From Patescibacteria group bacterium (lineage in GTDB: Bacteria; Patescibacteriota; Patescibacteriia; JAGPKW01): DNA of 57,502 nt. Under the pieces are notes generated by a model. The model did no database searches. It was given only the letters and a program-made list of their open reading frames with translations, and was not told the DNA's origin. The DNA lies in the NCBI GenBank assembly GCA_021734125.1, contig JAIPJN010000002.1, positions 1-57,502 on the forward strand, given 5' to 3'. This document shows positions 26,644 to 34,451 of the stretch, piece by piece (position 1 is the first letter of the stretch; each line of letters opens with the position of its first letter). Made by a program: the position numbers and the translations under genes.

Positions 26644-27690
26644 ATGGATATAGAAAAATTTTTAAATACAATATTTTTTGGGAATAGTGTAAAAGATATT
26701 TTAATATCAATAGGTATATTTTTGTTATTACTTGTAATTTTTTATATATTTAAAACAATAGCCATTCATAAAATAGAGAAAGTTGCAAAAAAAACAACAA
26801 ATAATATAGATAATGTTTTACTTGAACCAATAAAAAAGATCCCATTTATATTTTATGCCTTTATTTCTTTATTTTTAGGTTTAAAATATATAGATCTAAC
26901 AACAGATCTTAATAAAATATTGAATGTAATATTTTTAATATTTGTGACTTATGAAATATTATTATTTTCACAAAGAGTTTTTGAATATATTATAAAAAAC
27001 AAAGTTAAAAATAATAAAAAATATAATTCTACAGCAGTAACGGGTATAAATATAATAGTTAAAATAATATTATGGTCTGCTGGTTTACTTTTAGTTTTAT
27101 CAAATTTAGGAGTTAATATATCAGCTTTTGTAGCAAGTTTAGGAATAGGTGGTATAGCAGTTGCATTTGCATTACAAAATATTTTATCAGATATTTTTAG
27201 CTCATTTTCCATATATTTTGATAAACCATTCGAAGAAGAAGATTTTATAATTGTTGGAGAAGATATGGGGACTGTTAAAAAAATAGGTATTAAATCAACA
27301 AGAATAACATCAATAACAGGAGAAGAAATTGTTATTCCAAATAAAAATTTAACCTCTGAAAAAATTAAAAATTATAAACAAATGGAAAAAAGAAGGATTG
27401 TTTTTGAAATTGGTTTGATTTATAATACTCCTTCCGAAAGATTAAGAAAGGTTCCAAAAATTATAGAAGATATAATTAAAAAAGAGAAAAATATAGAATT
27501 TATATTTACTAGATTTAAGAATTTTGGAGATTTTAGTTTGGTATTTGAAAGTGCTTATTATATAAATTCAAGTGATTATAATGAATATGTAAAAACTCAA
27601 GAAAATATTAATTTTAATATAAAAGAAGAATTAGAGAAAGAAAAAATAGAAATGGCTTTTCCTACTCAAACTTTATATATTAAAAAATAA
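26644..27690 (+). CDS. mechanosensitive ion channel, MscS family
   Basis: Several N-terminal TM helices, then the MscS beta-domain pattern VGEDMGTVKKIGIKSTRITSITGEEIVIPNKNL. Confidence 0.85.
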   Translation: MDIEKFLNTIFFGNSVKDILISIGIFLLLLVIFYIFKTIAIHKIEKVAKKTTNNIDNVLLEPIKKIPFIFYAFISLFLGLKYIDLTTDLNKILNVIFLIFVTYEILLFSQRVFEYIIKNKVKNNKKYNSTAVTGINIIVKIILWSAGLLLVLSNLGVNISAFVASLGIGGIAVAFALQNILSDIFSSFSIYFDKPFEEEDFIIVGEDMGTVKKIGIKSTRITSITGEEIVIPNKNLTSEKIKNYKQMEKRRIVFEIGLIYNTPSERLRKVPKIIEDIIKKEKNIEFIFTRFKNFGDFSLVFESAYYINSSDYNEYVKTQENINFNIKEELEKEKIEMAFPTQTLYIKK

Positions 27691-27692
27691 TA

Positions 27693-27926
27693 TTATAAAG
27701 TTTCCATTTCTTCTAAAGAATTATCATTAAAATATAAGATTGAGATAGATATTATTATAAGTAATACAGATCTTATAGCGATATTGTTAGGTAATATATA
27801 CATAGAAACTAAGTCTGTAACGCCTTTCCATAAAAAGATAATAGCAAGACCTATTGTTACTGAATAAAAAACCGTTTTTTTATTTCTTCTTTTCAAAAAT
27901 TTTTTAAGAAATATTTTTGTATTCAT
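27693..27926 (-). CDS. small membrane protein (2 predicted TM)
   Basis: 77-aa ORF with a basic N-terminus and two hydrophobic stretches. Convergent with the mscS-like gene. Confidence 0.4.
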   Translation of the reverse strand: MNTKIFLKKFLKRRNKKTVFYSVTIGLAIIFLWKGVTDLVSMYILPNNIAIRSVLLIIISISILYFNDNSLEEMETL

Positions 27927-28032
27927 TGCTTTAAATTAATTTTTATTATATAAATAATATAGCATAATTATGAATATTTTTTTTGCACATATCCGTATTA
28001 AATAACAACAATACAATATAAGGAGATGAATT

Positions 28033-28203
28033 ATGATAATAGTTTGTGCTCATTGCGGTAAAATTTTAGGTGAAAAAGAGCCATATGATAATACAGATAT
28101 AACACACGGCTATTGCGAAAAATGTGTTCTTGATTTATATAAGATGGTAAAAGATAAAAAAGGTAATTATATATTAACTTCTGAAATTAAAGAATTATCT
28201 TAA
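28033..28203 (+). CDS. 56-aa zinc-ribbon-like small protein (below the ORF-track cutoff)
   Basis: ATG is preceded by taAGGAGatgaatt. MIIVCAHCGKILGEKEPYDNTDITHGYCEKCV has CxxC...CxxC. Followed by a hairpin terminator. Confidence 0.6.
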   Translation: MIIVCAHCGKILGEKEPYDNTDITHGYCEKCVLDLYKMVKDKKGNYILTSEIKELS

Positions 28204-28250
28204 AAAAGGAATAATAATAATTCCAAAAACATTATTAATTAATAATGTAG

Positions 28251-28316
28251 GGGTCAATCATAATTGACCCTATTTTATTTATAAAAAAATGTGGCCATCA
28301 TTTTTTTGGCCACATT
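28251..28316. terminator. two back-to-back hairpin terminators (palindrome-family relatives)
   Basis: gggtcaat..attgaccc 28251-28270 plus T-run serves the + strand gene. aatgtggcca..tggccacatt 28288-28316, with an A-run upstream, serves the minus-strand 28333 gene. Both carry the tgtag/tgtgg 5' flank. Confidence 0.65.
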
Positions 28317-28332
28317 CAATTCAACAAAATTC

Positions 28333-28536
28333 CTAATAAAAATCAGTTAATTTTGTTTGAACTTCAATACCGGGAGGGGATTTTACCCCAGCTAATGGTT
28401 TAAATCTTCCATTTGGAAGATTGAGACCAAAATCTCTTTGTATAGGATCAGTAGAACCAAATTTATGGATCTTATGCCCTCTAGAGAAATGATCACGACC
28501 ATATCCGAAAGTTGTTTGAAATTCATTATTTTTCAT
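28333..28536 (-). CDS. hypothetical 67-aa protein, G/H/R/K/D-rich
   Basis: AGGAGG (28549-28544) 7 nt upstream of the ATG. Has its own promoter and terminator. No recognisable family. Confidence 0.6.
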   Translation of the reverse strand: MKNNEFQTTFGYGRDHFSRGHKIHKFGSTDPIQRDFGLNLPNGRFKPLAGVKSPPGIEVQTKLTDFY

Positions 28537-28557
28537 AATATCACCTCCTTAATATAA

Positions 28558-28586
28558 AATATAATAAATATATTATAGGATGTCAA
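28558..28586 (-). promoter_or_regulatory. near-consensus promoter for the 28536 ORF
   Basis: Minus strand: TTGACA (28586-28581), 17 nt, TATATT (28563-28558). Confidence 0.55.
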
Positions 28587-28722
28587 TATTGGCATTAACC
28601 AAAAAGAAAATGATTGCTATATCTTATTCAGATAGCAATTACCCCTCAAATCACCAATAATTTGGTGGTTTTTTATTTATAAAAAAAGACCAAATTATTA
28701 TTAAAATGGTCTTATTAAATTT

Positions 28723-28929
28723 TTAATTTGAAAAAAGAAGAAATCCAGCTTTACAAACATTTGATGCAAATCCAGTTTTTTCCATTACAAACATAATATT
28801 TTTTTGTTTTTTTAAAAACTGTATTGCATATTCACAAAAATCTGGATCAAATTCATTTTCCTTCATAATAGAAATATAATCTTCATCTGATTTACAAGAG
28901 TCAAAAAGATTTAAAATATTTGATTCCAT
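28723..28929 (-). CDS. hypothetical 68-aa protein
   Basis: AGGAGG-type RBS (ttaaggaggatagtATG). Hairpin aagacca..tggtctt (28686-28714) plus T-run downstream. Acidic, Cys-containing. Confidence 0.55.
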   Translation of the reverse strand: MESNILNLFDSCKSDEDYISIMKENEFDPDFCEYAIQFLKKQKNIMFVMEKTGFASNVCKAGFLLFSN

Positions 28930-28993
28930 ACTATCCTCCTTAATATTTTATTTTAACTATTTTTTAACATAAAAATAGAAGAAAGTAAAATAG

Positions 28994-29071
28994 TAGTGAT
29001 CAACGATCGTTGGTCACTACAATATATGTCCATATAAAAATATTATTATGTAGTGGTAACGGTCTTTTACC
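28994..29071. repeat. palindrome tagtgatcaacgatcgttggtcacta plus a degenerate neighbour
   Basis: 26-bp near-perfect palindrome 28994-29019 (core CGATCG). tgtagtggtaacggtcttttacc at 29049-29071 is a decayed relative. Confidence 0.8.
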
Positions 29072-29150
29072 CTATTTTTATAATATAAAATTTGTTAAAT
29101 AATTCAAAAAATAATAAAATAAAATATAATATAATTCTAAATAAAAAATA

Positions 29151-30005
29151 GTGAAAAATATTTATTTTCAAGATCAAAAAAAATTAAGACAAAAAATTAA
29201 TATCTTTAAAAAAGAGGGTTTTAATAAACTTCATGTTATTTCAGATTTTGATGGAACTTTAAGTAAAAAATTTATAAATAATAAAAAAATACCTTCCATA
29301 ATTTCTATACTAAGAGAAGATAATAAATATTTAGGTAAAGATTATGCTGATAGAGCTAAAGAATTATTCAAATTTTATCAAAAATATGAAAATAATACTT
29401 CTATAACAAAAAAAGAAAAAAAGAAAAAAATGGAAGAGTGGTGGTCTAATCATTTCAAATTACTTATAGAAAAAGGATTAAATAAAAAACATTTAAATTC
29501 TATTTTAGAATCAAATTGTATAATTCTTAGAAAAAATGTAGAAAATTTTCTAGATTTTTTAAATAATAAAAATATTCCCATAATAATAGTTTCAGCATCA
29601 GGATTAGGTGATTTAATTCCAGCATATTTTCAAAAAAAGAAATTTAATCATCAAAATATAAATTATATTATTAATTCTTTTGAATATGATAAAAATAATT
29701 TCGCAAAAAAATATAACAATAATATAATTCATTCTTTAAATAAAGATGAAACTATATTAGAGAATTTTCCAAAAATTTATAAAAAAATAAAAAATAAAAA
29801 AAATGTCATACTTTTGGGTAATAGTTTAGGAGATACTGGTATGATAGATGGTTTTAAGTTTGATAATTTAATAAAAATAGGATTTTTAGACAAAAAAGAT
29901 GAAGAATTTGATAAAAAAATAAAAGAATATATTAATTTATATGATGTTGTAATTACAAATGATGATTATGATTTTATAAATAAAGAAATATTTTCATTGA
30001 AGTAA
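29151..30005 (+). CDS. HAD-superfamily pyrimidine 5'-nucleotidase-like protein (UMPH-1 type)
   Basis: GTG start. Motifs VISDFDGTLSK, IIIVSASGLGDLI, IHSLNK and LLGNSLGDTGM occur in the order and spacing typical of the cytosolic 5'-nucleotidase III family. Confidence 0.6.
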   Translation: MKNIYFQDQKKLRQKINIFKKEGFNKLHVISDFDGTLSKKFINNKKIPSIISILREDNKYLGKDYADRAKELFKFYQKYENNTSITKKEKKKKMEEWWSNHFKLLIEKGLNKKHLNSILESNCIILRKNVENFLDFLNNKNIPIIIVSASGLGDLIPAYFQKKKFNHQNINYIINSFEYDKNNFAKKYNNNIIHSLNKDETILENFPKIYKKIKNKKNVILLGNSLGDTGMIDGFKFDNLIKIGFLDKKDEEFDKKIKEYINLYDVVITNDDYDFINKEIFSLK

Positions 30006-30051
30006 TTTTTAATATGGAGCAGGATATTAATTGAAAAATATAAAATCAAAA

Positions 30052-30079
30052 TTGACATAATTGAATTAATTGTTATAAT
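30052..30079 (+). promoter_or_regulatory. near-consensus promoter for the 30108 ORF
   Basis: TTGACA 30052-30057, 16 nt, tgtTATAAT 30074-30079. Confidence 0.6.
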
Positions 30080-30107
30080 AGAGGAAAATATTTTTTAGGA
30101 GGATATT

Positions 30108-30302
30108 ATGGGAAAATTAAATGGAACAAAGGTCAGCACTCATAATCCTAGTAAAAATGAAGTGCCTCATGCAGATGTAATGGTACCAATTCCTGGTATG
30201 GATGGAACTCTTAATGGAGCAATTCAAACCAGAATCGATGAAAATGGTCAAGTTATAGACTCACGAGCTCACATCAAGGGTGGACAAAAAAAAGATCTTT
30301 AA
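30108..30302 (+). CDS. hypothetical 64-aa protein (P1)
   Basis: AGGAGG at 30097-30102, with its own promoter and terminator. Hydrophilic, G/D/H/K-rich. Confidence 0.6.
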   Translation: MGKLNGTKVSTHNPSKNEVPHADVMVPIPGMDGTLNGAIQTRIDENGQVIDSRAHIKGGQKKDL

Positions 30303-30311
30303 AAGATCTCT

Positions 30312-30342
30312 AGGAGTTCTTATAATTAGAACTCCTTTTTTA
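30312..30342 (+). terminator. intrinsic terminator
   Basis: aggagttct-N7-agaactcct followed by a T-run. Confidence 0.75.
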
Positions 30343-30416
30343 TTTTTAAAAATCTAAAAAAATTTTAATTATTAAATAATAAAAAAATACGCAAATTAAT
30401 GCGTATTTTTCTAATA

Positions 30417-30491
30417 TGGAGCGGGTAAGGGGGATCGAACCCCTATCAACGGCTTGGAAGGCCGTGGTAATAGCCATTATACGATACCCGC
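30417..30491 (-). tRNA. tRNA-Gly (anticodon UCC)
   Basis: The reverse complement folds as a cloverleaf: acceptor GCGGGTA/TACCCGC, anticodon stem ACGGC/GCCGT, loop CTTCCAA, T-arm AGGGG-TTCGATC-CCCCT, encoded CCA. Confidence 0.95.
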
Positions 30492-30583
30492 AAAATCTAA
30501 ACTTATAGATATATTCTAGAAAAAATAAAAGAAAGAGTCAAGAGGCAGAATTAATATTAATTAAAACCACCCCTTTAATTAGA

Positions 30584-30784
30584 TTATATTAAGCCCTGAC
30601 TTCTTAAGTGCTTATAATGAGCACAACCAAAATGTGAATAAGATCTACATTTTTTAGGATTCATGTCTTTGTAAGGACATAATTTACTAATTTCAGAATT
30701 ACCAGATAATACAATAGGACAAATTTTAGCTTCCTCCTTTTTTCTAAAATCTGCTTCCATTTTTCTTTTTAATTTTTTCTTCAA
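30584..30784 (-). CDS. hypothetical 66-aa basic, 4-Cys protein
   Basis: TTG start 5 nt after AGGAGG. The Cys residues are spread out (CPIV...CPYK...CRSY...CAHY). Confidence 0.45.
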   Translation of the reverse strand: MKKKLKRKMEADFRKKEEAKICPIVLSGNSEISKLCPYKDMNPKKCRSYSHFGCAHYKHLRSQGLI

Positions 30785-30896
30785 AATTTCCTCCTAAAGA
30801 TTTATTTTTAACAAAGCATTATGGATAATACAATAAAAATGTAATAAAATCAAGAAATATTATTGATTATAGAATATTTAATATAAATTATATTGT

Positions 30897-31228
30897 AGTG
30901 ACCAACCATGGTTGGTCACTGCATGCCATTAAAAATTATGTGCCCACAATATAATTCATTATTATTTGGACAAAAATGTATTATTTTTTAGATCAAATGG
31001 AACGCGCCGCGGCGCGTTCCCACATGAATTATAAATAAAACATTGTTATTTAAATTAAATGCACATTAAATTACGTGCAATTTTATTTAATAATATTAAT
31101 CGATAAATTTTATTAAAATGCATTATTTTTTAAATCAATATATATATTAAATAAATGTGTAAATTTATAATATAATTATAATTTAAATATAAAACGTTAA
31201 GAACAGGACAACTTTGTCGTCCTGTTCC
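30897..31228. repeat. mosaic repeat cluster (modules A, E, B, D, C)
   Basis: agtgaccaaccatggttggtcact 30897-30920. Perfect 22-bp ggaacgcgccgcggcgcgttcc 30999-31020. atgcacattaaattacgtgcaatttta 31059-31085. gaacaggaca..tgtcgtcctgttc 31200-31228. Confidence 0.9.
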
Positions 31229-31271
31229 TACGGAGATAATAAATAAAAATATATTATTATTTATTATCCTT

Positions 31272-32021
31272 CTAAACATATTCTTGTATAATTCTATCTA
31301 AATCTTCAAAATTCATTAAATAATCAAAATTTTCATCTGGTAAAAATCTAGAATGACAAACAAAATTTCTTAAACTAGATAATTCATTTAATTTTAATAA
31401 ATTTTCTTTATCATAATTAAAAATTCTACCTAAAATACTCCAGTTATAAGAAATAATTTTTTTCAAATCTATAAAATTTGAATAAAATAAGAAATGAAAT
31501 TTGTAATGATCAGATTTATATCTATTTTTACATAATTTAGAAATATCGGAAGGAACTTTATTATCCCACCAACTCTCTCCAAATTCTTTAAACATTAAAA
31601 TAAAAATAGTAAATCTTAATTTATTTTCATAAACGGAAAAGTTTTTAAAAAAATTATGATTTAAACTTATTAAATAATCAGAATAAAAATAAAAAATATT
31701 GTTAAAAATTTTATTTATATTTTCTCTTATATTATCTATAACAGTATTATCCGAGTAATTTATTACAATAAAAATTAATTTATTATTTTTATGATTTATT
31801 TTTTCTTTTTTTAAAATAATTTTAGCAGAAAATAAGTTATTATTTATAATATAAAAAGTTTTATTTTTATTAATTCTATTAATAGATAAATTATTAATAT
31901 TAGTAATATTTAATATAAATTTAGACAAATCGCTTTTATAATCATCATCTAAATTATAAATAAGAAAAATATCTCTAAAGACAAAGTCTTGAGTTTTATA
32001 ATCAAAAAATATATCAGACAT
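31272..32021 (-). CDS. Swt1-like HEPN-domain protein with an unknown N-terminal domain
   Basis: The C-terminal half has FGESWWDNKVPSDISKLC...IISYNWSILGRIF...LSSLRNFVCHSR, the Swt1-HEPN layout ending in the R-x4-H motif. The ATG overlaps the radC-like stop (ATGTCTGA). Confidence 0.7.
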   Translation of the reverse strand: MSDIFFDYKTQDFVFRDIFLIYNLDDDYKSDLSKFILNITNINNLSINRINKNKTFYIINNNLFSAKIILKKEKINHKNNKLIFIVINYSDNTVIDNIRENINKIFNNIFYFYSDYLISLNHNFFKNFSVYENKLRFTIFILMFKEFGESWWDNKVPSDISKLCKNRYKSDHYKFHFLFYSNFIDLKKIISYNWSILGRIFNYDKENLLKLNELSSLRNFVCHSRFLPDENFDYLMNFEDLDRIIQEYV

Positions 32022-32670
32022 AAATTTTATTTTTTAAACTAATAAAATCATTATCAGAAATTATTAAATGATCTAAAATATCTATACCAATAATTTTAGA
32101 TACTTCTTGTAATTTTTGATAATTTACTAAATCATTTTTGGAGGGGATACACTCTCCAGAAGGATAATTTTGAACAAGAATAATGAAACTAGCAGAATAT
32201 TCTATAGCAGGTTTAAAAACTTCTCTAGCATGAATTATATTTTGGTTTATACTTCCTATAGATATAATTTCTTCATAAATTAATTTATTTCTAGAATTTA
32301 AATATAAACCAATTAATTTTTCTTTTTTTATTTTATTTAAATCTTTTAAATACATAAAAACCTTTTTGGGATTATTAAAAATTTTTTTATCATCAAATTC
32401 TTCAGAAAATAATCTTCTACCAAACTCAATAACAGAGATTAATTGAGAAGATTTATATACAGGTAAATCGTATAAATTAAAAACATCTTCTATTTTTCTA
32501 ATTTTTCTTAAATTATTTTCACCATATTCACTAACAATTTCTTTAGAAAGATCCAAAACAGACTTATTTTTAACGCCAGTGTTAAAAATAATTGATAATA
32601 ATTCATAATTCTTTAACTTTTGTATGCCAAATTTTATTAATTTTTCTCTTGGTAAAATTTCTTTTTTCAT
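32014..32670 (-). CDS. radC: RadC-family (JAB/MPN fold) protein with degenerate metal-binding motif
   Basis: N-terminal LPREKLIKFGIQKLKNYELLSIIF (HhH part). The C-terminal FIILVQNYPSGECIPSKNDL aligns with the canonical xxHNHPSGxxxPSxxD, with H to Q and H to Y. ATG 32670 is used; the longer ORF-track start overlaps the pilin gene. Confidence 0.8.
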   Translation of the reverse strand: MKKEILPREKLIKFGIQKLKNYELLSIIFNTGVKNKSVLDLSKEIVSEYGENNLRKIRKIEDVFNLYDLPVYKSSQLISVIEFGRRLFSEEFDDKKIFNNPKKVFMYLKDLNKIKKEKLIGLYLNSRNKLIYEEIISIGSINQNIIHAREVFKPAIEYSASFIILVQNYPSGECIPSKNDLVNYQKLQEVSKIIGIDILDHLIISDNDFISLKNKIYV

Positions 32671-32785
32671 AATTAAAGAATATATCCAAAAAATTAAAAT
32701 AAAATTAAAATAAGATAAAAATACGATTATTTTTTCAAAACATTGACAAAAAACAAAGAATATGTTAAAAAAATAGATTATAAAA

Positions 32786-33220
32786 ATGAATTTTATGTCT
32801 AAAAATAGTAAAAATAACAAAGGATTCACACTTCCAGAACTTATGGTAAGTATGAGTATAATTGGTACAATAGGTGTTATGTCTGCAGATAAATTAGATT
32901 CACTTATCCCTACAGCAAGAGACACACAAAGACAAGCCAATATTAGACAAGTGCAAACAGCTCTTGAGATTTATCATTTGTATAATAATAAATATCCAGA
33001 AACGGGATTTTGTAATAAACCTACAGAAAAAGGATGGGATATTTTAGAAAAAAAATTAAGCAACAATTCATCATCTAAAGAAGTTTATATACCAAAATTT
33101 CCAGACGATCCATTAGATGATAATAAATATTATTTTTCTTATTGTAGTGATGGAGAAATATATAAAATCTCTTATAAATTAGAAGCAACAGGTGATAAAG
33201 TTATAGAACAAGGGTTGTAA
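32786..33220 (+). CDS. type IV pilin-like / pseudopilin protein
   Basis: Prepilin signal KGFTLPELMVSMSIIGTIGV. Start is ATG 32786 or 32795. TTGACA at 32743-32748 upstream. Confidence 0.8.
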   Translation: MNFMSKNSKNNKGFTLPELMVSMSIIGTIGVMSADKLDSLIPTARDTQRQANIRQVQTALEIYHLYNNKYPETGFCNKPTEKGWDILEKKLSNNSSSKEVYIPKFPDDPLDDNKYYFSYCSDGEIYKISYKLEATGDKVIEQGL

Positions 33221-33238
33221 ACATGATATAATTTATTC

Positions 33239-34450
33239 ATGGAAAAAAGAAAAAAAAGGTTAAAAGTTAATAAAAATTTATTTAATTTATTTTTATTATC
33301 ACAACTTCATACAATAGGCCAAAGTTTAGTTGGAATATTTGGAGTTATTTTTATTTATGAAAAATATAATTTTTCTTTAGAATTAGTTCTTGTATATTAT
33401 TTTTTATTTCATTTAGTTGCTTTCTTAATAATACCAATAGGCTCAATTTTTATAAATAGATTTGGAATTAAAAAATCAATAATATTAGGAAAAATATTAC
33501 TGCTTATTTATTATTTAATGTTTATATTTTTTCAACCATATAATATATTTTTTCTATTAACATTTTTCTCAGTAGGGGCATTCGGAACAGCTTTCTATTG
33601 GGTCCCTTATCATGTTAATTTTGCGAAATTAACAGACAAAAATACAAGAGGAACTCAAATAGGAATGCTAGGAAGTATGATTGCTATTATTAGTATAGTA
33701 ATTCCAGTTTCAGCTGCTTTAATAATTACAAAACTTGGGTATAATTATCTTTTTATAACAACAGCTATTTTTTATTTATTATCGATAATTCCAATTTTAA
33801 AAATAGACCATGCAAATGAAAATTATTCATTTAAATATTTTGAAACTTTTTCCAAATTATTTGATGAAAAATATAGAAAAGATTTTTTAATATATATATT
33901 AGAAGGAGCAGAAAGTATTATTGCAGCTATAATTTGGCCAATAATGATATTTTTATTATTAAATAAAGAATATCAAGCAGTAGGAATAACAACTTCTTTG
34001 ATAGTTTTAGGAACTGTTATATTAAATATTCTATTAGGAAAAGCTACAGATAAATTTGAAAAAAATAAAATGATAAAAATAGCATCTTTTCTAAATGCTA
34101 TTGGCTGGTTTTTAAAAATATTTGTTCATACAGCATTTGATATTTTTATAACCTCTGTTTATCATGATTTTTCAAGAATATTTTTAAAAGTGCCATACCA
34201 AACTTTTTATTATGAAAAATGGGCTGATAATGGCCATTTTGTAGATGAATTTACAGTTATAAGAGAAGAGGGGTTAAGAGTTGGTAGAATTATAATGGTA
34301 GCATTTATATTATTTGTAATTACAACATTTGAAATAGATCTAAAATATATATTAATATTTGGAATATTAATATTTTATTTTTTAGGAACAATAATACAAG
34401 ATAAAACCAAACTATTGAGATTAAAAGGTGGAACTATTATAAAAACTTAA
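33239..34450 (+). CDS. multi-pass membrane transporter, probably MFS
   Basis: 403 aa, about 10-12 hydrophobic helices in two halves. No specific substrate motif recognised. Confidence 0.5.
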   Translation: MEKRKKRLKVNKNLFNLFLLSQLHTIGQSLVGIFGVIFIYEKYNFSLELVLVYYFLFHLVAFLIIPIGSIFINRFGIKKSIILGKILLLIYYLMFIFFQPYNIFFLLTFFSVGAFGTAFYWVPYHVNFAKLTDKNTRGTQIGMLGSMIAIISIVIPVSAALIITKLGYNYLFITTAIFYLLSIIPILKIDHANENYSFKYFETFSKLFDEKYRKDFLIYILEGAESIIAAIIWPIMIFLLLNKEYQAVGITTSLIVLGTVILNILLGKATDKFEKNKMIKIASFLNAIGWFLKIFVHTAFDIFITSVYHDFSRIFLKVPYQTFYYEKWADNGHFVDEFTVIREEGLRVGRIIMVAFILFVITTFEIDLKYILIFGILIFYFLGTIIQDKTKLLRLKGGTIIKT

Positions 34451-34451
34451 A

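Noticed and set aside
32671-32940. N-terminal 90-aa extension of the radC-like ORF in the track
   Set aside because: The extension overlaps the pilin gene on the other strand and is hydrophobic low-complexity. The conserved RadC N-terminus starts at ATG 32670.
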